Assembly: GCA_963662725.2 (NCBI GenBank)
Contig: CAXXCW010000021.1
Span: forward strand, 16,185 to 80,184
DNA length: 64,000 nt
Direction: 5' to 3'
Source of the DNA: an uncultured Sphaerochaeta sp.
GTDB lineage: Bacteria; Spirochaetota; Spirochaetia; Sphaerochaetales; Sphaerochaetaceae
The position numbers and the translations under genes are program-made. The notes below the pieces were generated by a model. It made no database searches. It was not told the origin of the DNA and worked only from the letters and a program-made list of their open reading frames with translations. Positions 39,080 through 49,493 of the stretch are shown piece after piece (the first letter of the stretch is position 1; each line of letters opens with the position of its first letter).

Positions 39080-39271
39080 TGGCCTAGCAATGATCAATGG
39101 AGCTTGGATGTGTAACAATTATCTGGATTCGGTGATGCAACCCCGTTAATCGGTGTTGTGTAAGCCTTCCAGGACATATTCTTTCTGAAAGTACTCCTCT
39201 CAACACCCGTACCGGGGTAATCCTGCCAAACAGCGGTAGGCTGTTTGTATATCTTAACCGGACGGATAACC

Positions 39272-40363
39272 ATGAATACAAATCAAACGTATGAAAAGAC
39301 ATTATATAGGTATGGATGGGAAAAATCCCATTCCAGTGGATTTGAGCCATATCAACGGCTTGGCTATATCCCAGTTCGAATCAGTATGGAAGGACGAGGG
39401 CTTTTTTGGGGGACCGATGGGGAACATCAGTTGCTATTGGAACGTTCAGGAAGCTTCCAGACCATGCAAGACTTAGGCGTTCAACCTCATCCTGTTGTAG
39501 GTGATTGGTGTGCAGTGCAACCATTTGACCATGATCGTGGGCTCATTGAAGCAGTTCTGCCGCGGATGCTAGTCTTTCACAAACCAGTGGTACATGAACA
39601 GTTTGGAATTCAGGGTGAGGCTCCTGTGGTTGTAGCAAATGTCAATGCAGGTGCGATCGTCATGGATGTTCGATATGATTTTACTCTTCGCAGAGTTGAA
39701 CGGTTTGTGTCGCTCTTGCATGCTGATGGGATCCGTCCCCTCTTGGTCCTTACCAAAATGGATCTTCTTGATGATCCTGACAGGTATCTAATGCGTGCCG
39801 GATCTCGGTTTCCAGATCTTCCTGTCTTTCTTGTAGATTCGCTTACGGGCATGGGTGTTGGCTCTTTGCTTGCATACTTAAGGCCATATGAGACGCTTAT
39901 GCTCCTTGGCCTTAGTGGAGCAGGTAAGTCAACCCTTCTGAACAGCTTGAGCAATGAGCCGGTAGCCAAGACTGGGGAAGTGAGAAGTCAGGATGGAAGA
40001 GGAAGGCATACGACTACCAGCAGGCAGTTGTACCTTCTTCCAAATGGAACCATTCTTATTGATACTCCAGGTCTGCGAGTCGTTGGAATGCATGGTGGCT
40101 CTTCAGATGTGTGCGATGCTTTCTCTGATATTGCAGCATTGGCCTCTTCCTGTCATTTTTCTGACTGTACACACACTGGGGAACCTGGATGTGGGGTGAG
40201 TCAGGCTCTCCTGACAGGCGAGTTGGAGCAAGATCGCTTCCTGAATTATCTGCAATTGCGAAACGAGGCTCACAACTGGGAAGAAGTCATGAGAAGAAGG
40301 AAGCAGAAGGACAAAGCCATGGGTAGGCTGCAGTATAGGCATCGAAAGGAAAGCGGAGTATGA
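39272..40363 (+). CDS. rsgA: ribosome small subunit-dependent GTPase A
   Basis: VVGDW, TKMD, GLSGAGKST, GRHTT, DTPG, C-x-F-x-x-C-x-H-x-x-EPGC. Confidence 0.92.
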   Translation: MNTNQTYEKTLYRYGWEKSHSSGFEPYQRLGYIPVRISMEGRGLFWGTDGEHQLLLERSGSFQTMQDLGVQPHPVVGDWCAVQPFDHDRGLIEAVLPRMLVFHKPVVHEQFGIQGEAPVVVANVNAGAIVMDVRYDFTLRRVERFVSLLHADGIRPLLVLTKMDLLDDPDRYLMRAGSRFPDLPVFLVDSLTGMGVGSLLAYLRPYETLMLLGLSGAGKSTLLNSLSNEPVAKTGEVRSQDGRGRHTTTSRQLYLLPNGTILIDTPGLRVVGMHGGSSDVCDAFSDIAALASSCHFSDCTHTGEPGCGVSQALLTGELEQDRFLNYLQLRNEAHNWEEVMRRRKQKDKAMGRLQYRHRKESGV

Positions 40364-40671
40364 GGACTGTGATGATTGTATCTGTCTCCATTGTGGATAA
40401 GCTGTGTCGGTTCGGTCTTGGGGCACAGGACACTGCAATCATTGCCCTCACTGTCTATGGAATTGTCTTGTGGATATGGGCCCAGGAGACAGGGCGTGTT
40501 TATGCAAGGGAGCCCATCGCCTTATGGCAGAAAACCGATGGGGAACTGATGATAGTGCATAGGTGCAGGACTTGTGGGATGAGCAAGGCAAACCTCTCGG
40601 CAGGGTACGATGATCAAGATGCATTGCAGGTATTGCTTCCTCAAATTTTCATGTGTTCAACCACATCCTAA
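40360..40671 (+). pseudogene. decayed RNHCP-domain zinc-binding protein gene
   Basis: Alternative frame reads CICLHCG*AVSVRSWGTGHCNHCPHCLWNCLVDMGPGDRACLCKG (TAA 40398-40400), then shifts near 40510 to EPIALWQKTDGELMIVHRCRTCG. Confidence 0.75.
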
Positions 40672-40798
40672 GAGGAAAGGCCTATGAAGGCAGCATAGTG
40701 GGTTCCCTTCCTACAGATAGCACTCAGGAAGGGAATTCACCTATGCTTCTTGTGTACTATTTGGTGTTACAAGGACCCTGTGTGTTGCCCTTTACTTT

Positions 40799-41416
40799 TT
40801 ACCCAAGTTGTCCGGGACGCGTTTCTTTGACTTTTGGAGGGAATGTAGAGTCGAACGCATCGACAGCCTCATCGGATACTATGTACCCCTCAGGTTCCAC
40901 AATCGTGCCTGTTGCATTGGCAAGGTATCCTTCCAACAACTCTGCGACCATAAAGAACGGAGTTTTTTCAGTTCGGGCGAATCCAGGATAATACACCTGA
41001 AAATCCGAACCACTTCTGAAGCCAAAGCGATGATAGAATTCAGGATTGCCGGTAAGTGCCACTGCCCCGTACCCCAAATTCTTGGCTATCTGCATGGAAT
41101 GTTCTATGAGAGCGCTTCCATAGCCCTGGTGGTGGAATTCCGGCAGAACACTGACAGGCCCGAGCATAAGGAGGTCCTTGTGGTCTCCACTGTCCATGTG
41201 TATGGTTGTCTTGCAGTATAGGATGTGAGCTATGATCCTCTTGTTGTTCTCTGCTTCCAACACCAGGCTCAGGTTAGGTACGAAAGCAGGATTCGACCGG
41301 AAATTATGCACAACCAGATGCTCTGTGCACCCTGGACGGTATACATTCCAAAATGCCTCACGTGTCAGGTTTTCCACTTCAGACCAGTCCAGGCAATTTT
41401 CTAATCGGATTTTCAT
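40799..41416 (-). CDS. GNAT N-acetyltransferase (YhbS-like)
   Basis: TREAFWNVY, GPVSVLPEFHHQGYGSALI, GNPEFYHRFGF. Confidence 0.88.
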   Translation of the reverse strand: MKIRLENCLDWSEVENLTREAFWNVYRPGCTEHLVVHNFRSNPAFVPNLSLVLEAENNKRIIAHILYCKTTIHMDSGDHKDLLMLGPVSVLPEFHHQGYGSALIEHSMQIAKNLGYGAVALTGNPEFYHRFGFRSGSDFQVYYPGFARTEKTPFFMVAELLEGYLANATGTIVEPEGYIVSDEAVDAFDSTFPPKVKETRPGQLG

Positions 41417-41609
41417 GAATATATGCTCCAATCATTATGTGGCGTGATTTGTACTCTTGAAATCAATGCATCTTATGTTGAACTGATCCTATTGCATACC
41501 CTTCCAACCGTACCATGGGATGGTGACCCTATCTGAAAAGCTTGTATGATCGGCAGATGGATGCCGTCCTACCATCCTGAAGATGATAGGATAGCAATCC
41601 GAAGAGCCA

Positions 41610-43106
41610 TCAGTCTTCAATGCTCTGGTACTTGTCAAAGTCAGCGACCATGTTGGGATCGGGATGCTTCTCAAGCAGGCTGAAGACCACCATCAGAATG
41701 GATGCGATGATAAATCCTGGAAGCAGTTCATAGACATCAAAGAGGCCACCGGATAGTTGCTTCCAGATGACGACGGTGAGACCGCCTCCAACCATAGCAG
41801 CAATGGCGCCATTGCGCGTCGCCCTTCTCCAGAAGAGACTTGCTATGATGACAGGGCCAAAGGTTGCGCCAAATCCAGCCCAGGCATAACTGACGATGTC
41901 AAAAATAGAACTGGAGGGATCCATGGCAAGGAATATGGCAATGACAGATATCACCAGGACGGTGATCCTGCTTACTGCAAGGGTCTCCTTCTCGGATGCA
42001 TTTTTGCGGAAGATAGCCTTGTACACATCCTTGCTGAAGGCAGATGAAGCGACCAGAAGCTGACTGTCCGAGGTGCTCATGCTGGCCGCCAGGATGGCAC
42101 AGAGGAAGATTCCTGCAATGAATGTCGGGAATATTTTCTGCATGCTTGCAATGAATACAGCCTCTGCCGCTCCCTGGCTCTCATAGACTATGGGAAGCAG
42201 GAAGGCTTTGCCTACAACACCTATGGCGAGTGCGGCTGCCATGGCAATGGTGACCCATATCATGGCTATCCTTCTGGAGGTCTTCACCTCCTTGTTGCTA
42301 CGGATGGACATGAATCGGACCAGGACATGGGGCATGCCAAAATATCCAAGCCCCCAGGAGAGGGCGGAAAGGATGTCGATGATGCCATATTCAGACCCTG
42401 GCTCAGCCACAAAGGGATTGACGAACTGCATGCCGAAGGAGGAGAGCTTGTCTACAGTGACAAGGGGACCTCCAAGGGTCACCACTGCGATAACGGAGGT
42501 GAGGACCAAGGCTATGAACATCAGCGAGCCTTGGAAGAAGTCTGTCGCAACTACCGCAAGATACCCACCGAGCAAGGTGTATCCCAGGATCACCGCAACT
42601 CCCAAGAAGAGGGCGACGTAGTAGTTCATTCCGAATACCGTATTGAAGAGTTTTGCGCTTGCAAGGAAGCCGCTTGCCGTATATACGACAAAAAATACCA
42701 GGATAAGGATTGAGCTGATGGTCTGCAGCACCTTTGTCTTGTCATGGAAGCGGTTGGCAAAGAACTCCGGAATGGTGATGGAGTCTTTTGCATGGATGGT
42801 ATACTTTCGCATGCGTTTGGCAATGAAGAGCCAGTTCAGGTAGGTCCCGACCAGCAGCCCTGCAGCAGTCCAGAAGGCCTCTTGCAGTCCCGTGAAGTAT
42901 GCGACCCCAGGCAGACCCATCAAAAGCCAACCCGACATGTCAGAGGCTTCTGCACTGAGGGCTGTAAACCAAGGGCCGACTGACCGGCTGCCCAGAAAAA
43001 AATCACTGGTGCTGTGCGTTTTCTTGTAAGTGACAAATCCGATGCTCAACATGAGGCCTAGGTATAATGCAAAGGCCAGGGAGGTAATAAGCTGATAACT
43101 GTTCAT
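41610..43106 (-). CDS. putP: sodium/proline symporter
   Basis: ALSAEASDMSGWLLMGLPG, WGLGYFGMPH, AWAGFGATFGP, YELLPGF. Confidence 0.92.
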   Translation of the reverse strand: MNSYQLITSLAFALYLGLMLSIGFVTYKKTHSTSDFFLGSRSVGPWFTALSAEASDMSGWLLMGLPGVAYFTGLQEAFWTAAGLLVGTYLNWLFIAKRMRKYTIHAKDSITIPEFFANRFHDKTKVLQTISSILILVFFVVYTASGFLASAKLFNTVFGMNYYVALFLGVAVILGYTLLGGYLAVVATDFFQGSLMFIALVLTSVIAVVTLGGPLVTVDKLSSFGMQFVNPFVAEPGSEYGIIDILSALSWGLGYFGMPHVLVRFMSIRSNKEVKTSRRIAMIWVTIAMAAALAIGVVGKAFLLPIVYESQGAAEAVFIASMQKIFPTFIAGIFLCAILAASMSTSDSQLLVASSAFSKDVYKAIFRKNASEKETLAVSRITVLVISVIAIFLAMDPSSSIFDIVSYAWAGFGATFGPVIIASLFWRRATRNGAIAAMVGGGLTVVIWKQLSGGLFDVYELLPGFIIASILMVVFSLLEKHPDPNMVADFDKYQSIED

Positions 43107-43187
43107 GATAACTCTCTTATAGGAGGATTTGTTCTAGGGTACCTAGAACAAATCATGTTTGCAAGAGAATTATTGCTGTAAATGAAC

Positions 43188-43213
43188 AGTTACTGTATAT
43201 TTATACAGTAACT
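43188..43213 (-). terminator. stem-loop directly after potD
   Basis: AGTTACTGTATA-tt-TATACAGTAACT, perfect 12-bp stem. Confidence 0.5.
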
Positions 43214-44272
43214 TTACGGTACGTATCTGATCAGCTGCCACAACTGTTCATATTTTGCCAGATCTTCGCCGACATCATCGAGATTGTCGGAGTTTCCCAT
43301 ATCCTCGGATGTGAAGAAAAAGGTGTCGCTGTCCATGTGTTTTGCCGCTGCTGTATTGGTTGTAGGGGGAAAGGCAAACTCATCGAGGAAGGCTGCGTGG
43401 TTTTTCGGGTCATGCATGAAGTTGATGAAGGCGTGTGCACCCTCACTGTTTGTCGCACCGGTGGGGATGACCATGTTGTCGATATACATAAGGCCTCCCT
43501 CTTCAGGGATGAAGAAGTCGATGTCCTTCCACTGCTTCTTGGGTATCTCAGCGAAGATGTTTTCAGGATAGCTGTGTGAGACCCAGAACTCGCCTTGGCT
43601 GAAGGCCTTGCCAAAGGATTCGGAGTCGAATTTCACCAAGTTGGGTTTCCACTCCCCGATGATGAGATCCGCCGCTTCCTGCAGCTGCTGGGCATCTGTG
43701 GTATTTGCGCTGTATCCAAGGTGTTTCAGGCCGGCAGCCATGACTTCACGCATGTCATCGAGCATGGACATCCTTCCTGCCATACGCTTGTCCGCGAAGA
43801 TGGACCAGTCGCGCGCATAGTCAGCGGGTGCTTTCCCCTTGTTGACCGCTATGCCGCTCGATCCCATGAAGTAGGGCACCGAGTACTCCATGTCAGGGTC
43901 ATACGAAGCCTTGCTGCTGATGATCGGATTGACATATTTCAAGTTGGGAAGTTTGCTGTGGTCGAGCTTTTGCACCTTGTCCAGCTTGATCATGATGGAG
44001 GTGTAGTCAGAGGAGGGAAAGATGATGTCATAGCCTTTGTTGCCTCCGGCCATGACTTTTGCAAACATCTCCTCATTGGAGGCAAAGTTGTCGATGATGA
44101 CATCAATGCCTGTTTCCTTTTCGAATTTCTTGACCAGAGAGTCGGGAGTGTAATAGGTCCAGTTGTAGAGGTAGAGCTTGCTGCTCTGATCAGATCCTTT
44201 TTGGCATCCTGCAAGTATCATGATGGCAAAAGCCACAAGGCTGATGATGAATAGCTTGGAAAATCTGTGCAA
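43214..44272 (-). CDS. potD: spermidine/putrescine ABC transporter binding lipoprotein
   Basis: Lipobox LAGC, YNWTYY, FEKETGI, SNEEM, YDIIFPS, PEEG..YIDN. Confidence 0.9.
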   Translation of the reverse strand: MHRFSKLFIISLVAFAIMILAGCQKGSDQSSKLYLYNWTYYTPDSLVKKFEKETGIDVIIDNFASNEEMFAKVMAGGNKGYDIIFPSSDYTSIMIKLDKVQKLDHSKLPNLKYVNPIISSKASYDPDMEYSVPYFMGSSGIAVNKGKAPADYARDWSIFADKRMAGRMSMLDDMREVMAAGLKHLGYSANTTDAQQLQEAADLIIGEWKPNLVKFDSESFGKAFSQGEFWVSHSYPENIFAEIPKKQWKDIDFFIPEEGGLMYIDNMVIPTGATNSEGAHAFINFMHDPKNHAAFLDEFAFPPTTNTAAAKHMDSDTFFFTSEDMGNSDNLDDVGEDLAKYEQLWQLIRYVP

Positions 44273-44307
44273 GACGCACCTCCTGAACGTGTTGTTGCCT
44301 CCGAACC

Positions 44308-45111
44308 TTAGCTGCTTGCAGCCACAGTCTTAAGAAATCGCCTGAATGTGAAGGCTATGACCATAGTCCCCAATATCATGACAAAGGTCAGGGCATTGAT
44401 GACCGGTGATACGCCATAGCGAATCATGGAATATACATAGAGGGGCAGGGTGCCCGAACCGGGCCCTGACACAAAGAATGTAATGACAAAGTCCTCAAGG
44501 GACATGGTTATGCACATGAGAAATCCTGAAAGTACTCCCGGTATGATGGTAGGGATGATGACCTTGCGCAAGGTCTGGCTCTCATTGGCCCCGAGGTCGC
44601 GCGCAGCCTCGACAGTCGAATAGTCAAATTCGTCCAGACGGGCAGAGACCATCATGAATACGAACGGGAGGTTGAATGTCGTATGGGCGGCGAAGATGGT
44701 GAACATGCCAAGTCGCACTTTGACTGCCGAAAAGAAGATGAGCATTGATATGCCTATGATGACCTCAGGCAGTACCATGGGCAGATAGCTTATGGTGGTG
44801 ATGTAGTTTTTCCCTTTGAACCGGTACCACTTGATGCCTATGGCCGCCAGCGTACCCAGAAAGGTTGCAGTGATGCTGCTGGTGAGGGCAATGATAAGGC
44901 TGTTCTTGAAGGCTGCCCATAAGGAGGGGCTTTCAAAGATCAGCTGCTTGTACCAGATCAGGGATGCGTGGCTCCATTGCATCCCCTTGGAGCTGTTGAA
45001 GGAGAAGAAGACAACCACAAACAGGGGAACAAACAGAAATATGATGGTCAGGTAGAGCATAGAGTTCGAGAAGGTCAGCTTCCTATGCTTGTTGTATTGG
45101 TGGCTTCTCAT
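44308..45111 (-). CDS. potC: spermidine/putrescine ABC permease
   Basis: EAARDLGA, SLEDF, TLPLYVYSMIR. Confidence 0.9.
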   Translation of the reverse strand: MRSHQYNKHRKLTFSNSMLYLTIIFLFVPLFVVVFFSFNSSKGMQWSHASLIWYKQLIFESPSLWAAFKNSLIIALTSSITATFLGTLAAIGIKWYRFKGKNYITTISYLPMVLPEVIIGISMLIFFSAVKVRLGMFTIFAAHTTFNLPFVFMMVSARLDEFDYSTVEAARDLGANESQTLRKVIIPTIIPGVLSGFLMCITMSLEDFVITFFVSGPGSGTLPLYVYSMIRYGVSPVINALTFVMILGTMVIAFTFRRFLKTVAASS

Positions 45112-46037
45112 TTTGCCCCCTTGCGCGAGTGGTGTTTGCGGATGTTCTGCTCGAGGGACTGCTGGGTTGTCTTTTTAGACTGTTGTTGTTCCCGTTTTCC
45201 GTTATAGAGCATCCAGAATACTCCGACGAGGGAGATAAGGGTAAGCACCATGGAGAAGGCGGAGGCCAAGGGCCAGTTACGTGTCTTGGATACCTGGTCG
45301 ACAATGATGTTACCTATCATGGTCGAGTCCTTGCCACCGACGAGAAGCGGGACAGTATAGGCACCGAATATGGGGATGAAGGTAAAGATGAAGGCAGTGC
45401 TCAATCCACTTTTTATGTTGGGGAACATCACCTTGACGATCGCCTCAAGCTTGGTTGCCCCGAGGTCGCGGGCAGCGTCAAGGAGGGCAAAGTCAAACTT
45501 GTCTATGGTAGTGAACAGGGGAAGGATGGCAAAGGGAAGGTACATGTAGATGAGGACAAGTACAACTGCCCCGTTGTTGTAGATGAGTTGCACGCCTTCG
45601 GTGAGGATGCCCATCTTGATCAGAAGTGTGTTGATGAAGCCCTCGGTCGAGAGAATCGATATCCATGCGTAGATGCGGATAAGTGAGTTTGTCCAGAAGG
45701 GTATGATGATGAGGAAAAGCAAGAAGGTCTGGTATTTGCTCTTTGCCATGGCATATCCACAGGGTATTGCTATGAGGATGCTCCCAAGCGTCGCCACGAT
45801 GCTGATCCACAGGGTGCGGACCACCACTTTTGCAAAGCTGGGGTTGAACATCTGCTTGTAGGCATCGAGGGTAAACTTCCACTCGACCCCACCATAGAGG
45901 CCACGCTTGAGGAAACTGTAGAGGACTATGATGGCAAGGGGAATGGTGAAGAAGAGGGTAAACCAGATTCCCATTGGGAAAGCATAGGTTGTTCCCAGAA
46001 TTTGTTCACGCTCTCTGGGTTTCAATACCTTTATCAT
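45108..46037 (-). CDS. potB: spermidine/putrescine ABC permease
   Basis: IPFWTNSLIRIYAW, YLPFAILPL, DAARDLGA, RNWPLASA; start estimated. Confidence 0.9.
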   Translation of the reverse strand: MIKVLKPREREQILGTTYAFPMGIWFTLFFTIPLAIIVLYSFLKRGLYGGVEWKFTLDAYKQMFNPSFAKVVVRTLWISIVATLGSILIAIPCGYAMAKSKYQTFLLFLIIIPFWTNSLIRIYAWISILSTEGFINTLLIKMGILTEGVQLIYNNGAVVLVLIYMYLPFAILPLFTTIDKFDFALLDAARDLGATKLEAIVKVMFPNIKSGLSTAFIFTFIPIFGAYTVPLLVGGKDSTMIGNIIVDQVSKTRNWPLASAFSMVLTLISLVGVFWMLYNGKREQQQSKKTTQQSLEQNIRKHHSRKGAK

Positions 46038-47164
46038 CGGTCTGTAACCTTTACAATATATCCGTCTGCAGCTGTCCAACTGACATAGACGGTATCACGC
46101 CACTCAATTTCAGGCCCTTCGTCAATGAAGGTTGTATGCTGCTTGAATACCTTTATGATGGACTTGGCCTCATTGTCCAGACGTATGTAGAACTTCGACT
46201 GGAAGCCTGAGTATACAGGCTCATCAACAACACCTTTGTAGGAGTTGATGTATTTGTGGGTCGTCTTGGGTGGGGTGGAGGTAATCCTGACCTTTTCGGG
46301 CCTGACCGTGAAGTCTGCCTCGACTCCTATCTCCAATGGGTCGTAGTCTGTCACCATGACGATTCCCCCGAGGGAAGGGACATCGACGCTTATCATATAC
46401 TCGTCCTCAAAGGGCTCACAGGCGACGACCTTGCAGGGGAATATGTTTGACTCGCCGATGAATTGGGCGACAAATCGTGTTGCCGGAGCCTCATAGATCT
46501 CATAGGGGGTTCCGATCTGGAGGATCTTGCCTTTATTCATGACCGCTATGCGGTCAGAGACGGAAAGGGCTTCGCTCTGGTCATGGGTCACATAGATGAA
46601 GGTGATGCCGACCTTGTCGTGGATCACATCAAGTTCTACAAGCAGGTTCTGTCTCAGTTTTGCATCAAGGGCCGAAAGCGGCTCGTCCAGCAGAAGTACC
46701 CTGGGTTCGTTGATGAGCGCCCTTGCAATGGCCACACGCTGTTTCTGACCACCACTGAGCATGGAAGGTTTCTTGTCGATGTGCTCTTCGAGCTGAACCA
46801 GACGGACGTACTCGCGCACCTTGCGGTCGAGTTCGGTTTTTTCCACACGTCTGAGACGTAAGGGGAATGCGACGTTTTCATAGACGGTCAGATGAGGAAA
46901 GAGGGCGTAGGTCTGGAATACTGTGTTTGATTGCCGCTTGTCGGGAGGCAGGGGCAAGATGTTTTTCCCATCGAACTCTACTGTGCCATTATCGGGATAG
47001 TCAAAACCTGCGATAATCCGAAGAAGTGTGGTCTTGCCACACCCTGAAGGTCCCAAAAGGGAGAAGAACTCACCTTTCTCTATTGTAACACTCACATCAT
47101 CGAGTGCCTTGAATGTTCCATACGCTCTGGAGACCTGTTCGACTGTAATTTCAACACCTTTCAA
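46034..47164 (-). CDS. potA: spermidine/putrescine ABC ATP-binding protein
   Basis: GPSGCGKT, VFQTYALFPH, LSGGQKQR, LLDEPLSALD. Confidence 0.93.
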   Translation of the reverse strand: MKGVEITVEQVSRAYGTFKALDDVSVTIEKGEFFSLLGPSGCGKTTLLRIIAGFDYPDNGTVEFDGKNILPLPPDKRQSNTVFQTYALFPHLTVYENVAFPLRLRRVEKTELDRKVREYVRLVQLEEHIDKKPSMLSGGQKQRVAIARALINEPRVLLLDEPLSALDAKLRQNLLVELDVIHDKVGITFIYVTHDQSEALSVSDRIAVMNKGKILQIGTPYEIYEAPATRFVAQFIGESNIFPCKVVACEPFEDEYMISVDVPSLGGIVMVTDYDPLEIGVEADFTVRPEKVRITSTPPKTTHKYINSYKGVVDEPVYSGFQSKFYIRLDNEAKSIIKVFKQHTTFIDEGPEIEWRDTVYVSWTAADGYIVKVTDR

Positions 47165-47737
47165 TCTTTTCCATTCCCTCCGTTCGTTTCAGGCATAGAT
47201 ATCTCAGAGAAACCTGTTCTCTGATCCTTCACGACATATTGCGACTATCGAATATTTACAGCTTAGTGTCAAGGGTTTTGCAAACTGACAAAGCGATTGA
47301 ATTTACTAATAAACCATTTGTAAATATGAGTTTATCCGTGATGCAATACAAAACCAGTAGAAGGTCTTGCCCTAAATTCACCCTTGTTCCATCCAATGGG
47401 ATGATCTGGTATACATTCGGGCTTTCATGCAACGGCTGTCCGTTCACGTATAGTGAGCCAACCAAATCTGGTTGTGAAATACGTATGGGTAACGGAAGGA
47501 GCGATTGCTCCCTATAGGCGCAAGAGCACATAAGCATCATGCACAAGACCTTCAACAGCGATCAGATAGGACCTTTCTTTAGGTATGATACCCTCCCAAT
47601 GAACACCTCCTTGCCATTTTCCAATCAAGAGCTGACAGTCTACAGATCCAGAGATGCTGTGGGGCGCTATTGCCTTTTTGTATTGCAGCCTGTTTCATCA
47701 GCATAAAAAAATATATATATTCCCAACTCATCCTCCT

Positions 47738-48712
47738 TCACATATATGTGATGATGAGCATCTGCAAAGGTATGACTATCATAAGCAGCGCTGTGCTTAG
47801 CATCCACCCGGCATTTGCGAGGTCTATGTCCAGATCATATATGGAAGGGGGAACCAACGCAGTGAATCCGACTGGCATGGAGGAAAGTATGAGGATTACC
47901 TTCAAGGGAAGTCCGTCGTCAATCTTTCCAAATCCCAACAAGTAGGCAGTTCCTGTTGCCGCTAGCGGCACCAAGAGGAGTTTTATGGCGGCGATCATTG
48001 CAGCTGGTTTGAAATGGGCTGTTATCCTACCAAATTTCATGGCCATACCAATGGAAACAAGCATTACCAGGCTGGACAAGGGAATGACGATCACATTTAG
48101 GTTCCTGTACCATGCAGGCCTTGGTATACCAGTGATGTTGAGGACACTTCCGATAAGGATGCTTGCAAAGGCTACAAGGACAAATGGATCGAAAGTGATT
48201 TTTAGGAATCTTCCCGTTTTCACTCCCTGTTGCACTTGAGGGGAAAAGCTTTTTGCAATTGGAAACCAAATGGTGTAGTAGATAGTAGGCTCAAAAAGCC
48301 TGTACATGGGGACAAATGCAAAGGCGGCCTCTCCCAAAAACACATACACTACAAGGGACCCTACTGACCCAACGTTGGTCATTGCACCACAGCTGAAGAA
48401 TGCTCCTGCCTGCTTTGGTTTCATCTTGAGTATCTTGCCAACGGTGAATGCTGCAAATCCTCCGACAAGTATTGCAAACGACCCAATGACTGGCATGAGA
48501 ACAATGCGCATAGTGTCAAGAGAAAGAGTCCAGATCGCTCCGATGGTGGCAATTGGGCTGAGACAAAGCAAAGCCATCCCTTGCAGGGCCTTACGTAGTT
48601 TGGCAAGTGAACTGTCAGCCTTGATCTTTCCTGCAAGGACGAGCCTTTGGACAAGGTATCCAATGGTTAGGCCAAATGCAATAATCGATAGAGAGAAGAC
48701 TAGCTTGTGCAT
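47738..48712 (-). CDS. AEC (auxin efflux carrier-like) family transporter
   Basis: About 10 TM segments; TNVGSVG, IKLLLVP, SSMPVG motifs. Confidence 0.75.
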   Translation of the reverse strand: MHKLVFSLSIIAFGLTIGYLVQRLVLAGKIKADSSLAKLRKALQGMALLCLSPIATIGAIWTLSLDTMRIVLMPVIGSFAILVGGFAAFTVGKILKMKPKQAGAFFSCGAMTNVGSVGSLVVYVFLGEAAFAFVPMYRLFEPTIYYTIWFPIAKSFSPQVQQGVKTGRFLKITFDPFVLVAFASILIGSVLNITGIPRPAWYRNLNVIVIPLSSLVMLVSIGMAMKFGRITAHFKPAAMIAAIKLLLVPLAATGTAYLLGFGKIDDGLPLKVILILSSMPVGFTALVPPSIYDLDIDLANAGWMLSTALLMIVIPLQMLIITYM

Positions 48713-48967
48713 GGCAACCTCAAAACATACATACGATCTCTGTGTACTTGTCCCTATCGCCCGTTCTCCAAAAAAGTGTCAGATATGGCAATGTAGGGTA
48801 GTCCTTCCCCTTGAATGTGGTGCACCCTTGATTTACCCACACAACTGGGTATAGAAAACCAGAAGTACGAGACACTCGCTTCCAGAACCAGAGATCTCAA
48901 TGAATGGTTTTGCAACTCTTCGGTCTTGAGATCCCATTCCTATGTATTGAGTAAATGAGCATGAGTG

Positions 48968-49156
48968 TTATTTTGTAGTTATTGCACTAGTAGGACAATT
49001 CTCCTGTGCGTCCTTTGCGCTGTCTTCTGCATCGGAAGGAACAGGATCAGCAATTACTGTAGCTATCTGTGTTTCATCCATTTCAAAGACTTCAGGGCAC
49101 AGTGTTACGCAAAGTTCACATCCAATACACTTGTCTCGATCAACATGAGCTTTCAT
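48968..49156 (-). CDS. ferredoxin (single cluster)
   Basis: CIGCELCVTLCPEVF...CPTSAI; GAGG SD. Confidence 0.92.
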   Translation of the reverse strand: MKAHVDRDKCIGCELCVTLCPEVFEMDETQIATVIADPVPSDAEDSAKDAQENCPTSAITTK

Positions 49157-49493
49157 CGATTTCCTCCTTACCCGATGGGCCTACTGTAGGGTACCACGGT
49201 TAATGCAAAAAGACCAATGGAGTTGTAGAAACTGTTTTCAAGATTGTTTTCAAGAATTTGGAGCATATATGCCTTCTCTGATGCAACAAGAGAGTCTTTA
49301 TGGGTAGGTGATGCACATAATCCTATCTTATGCAGATAGGTGCAATGTGTGCTTCCCTTGGTCTATGCACCTCGTACAAATAACCTATAAAAAAGTAAGC
49401 TTCATACCAACACGTGGGTACACTTCACCCAGCCATTGGATTAGAATGGCTTAGGTAATGCAAGAGTAGTATGGATTATGGGATTAAGCTATT

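Noticed and set aside
47239-47700. Short ORFs between potA and the AEC transporter
   Set aside because: No recognisable homology or consistent start; possible gene debris but unsupported
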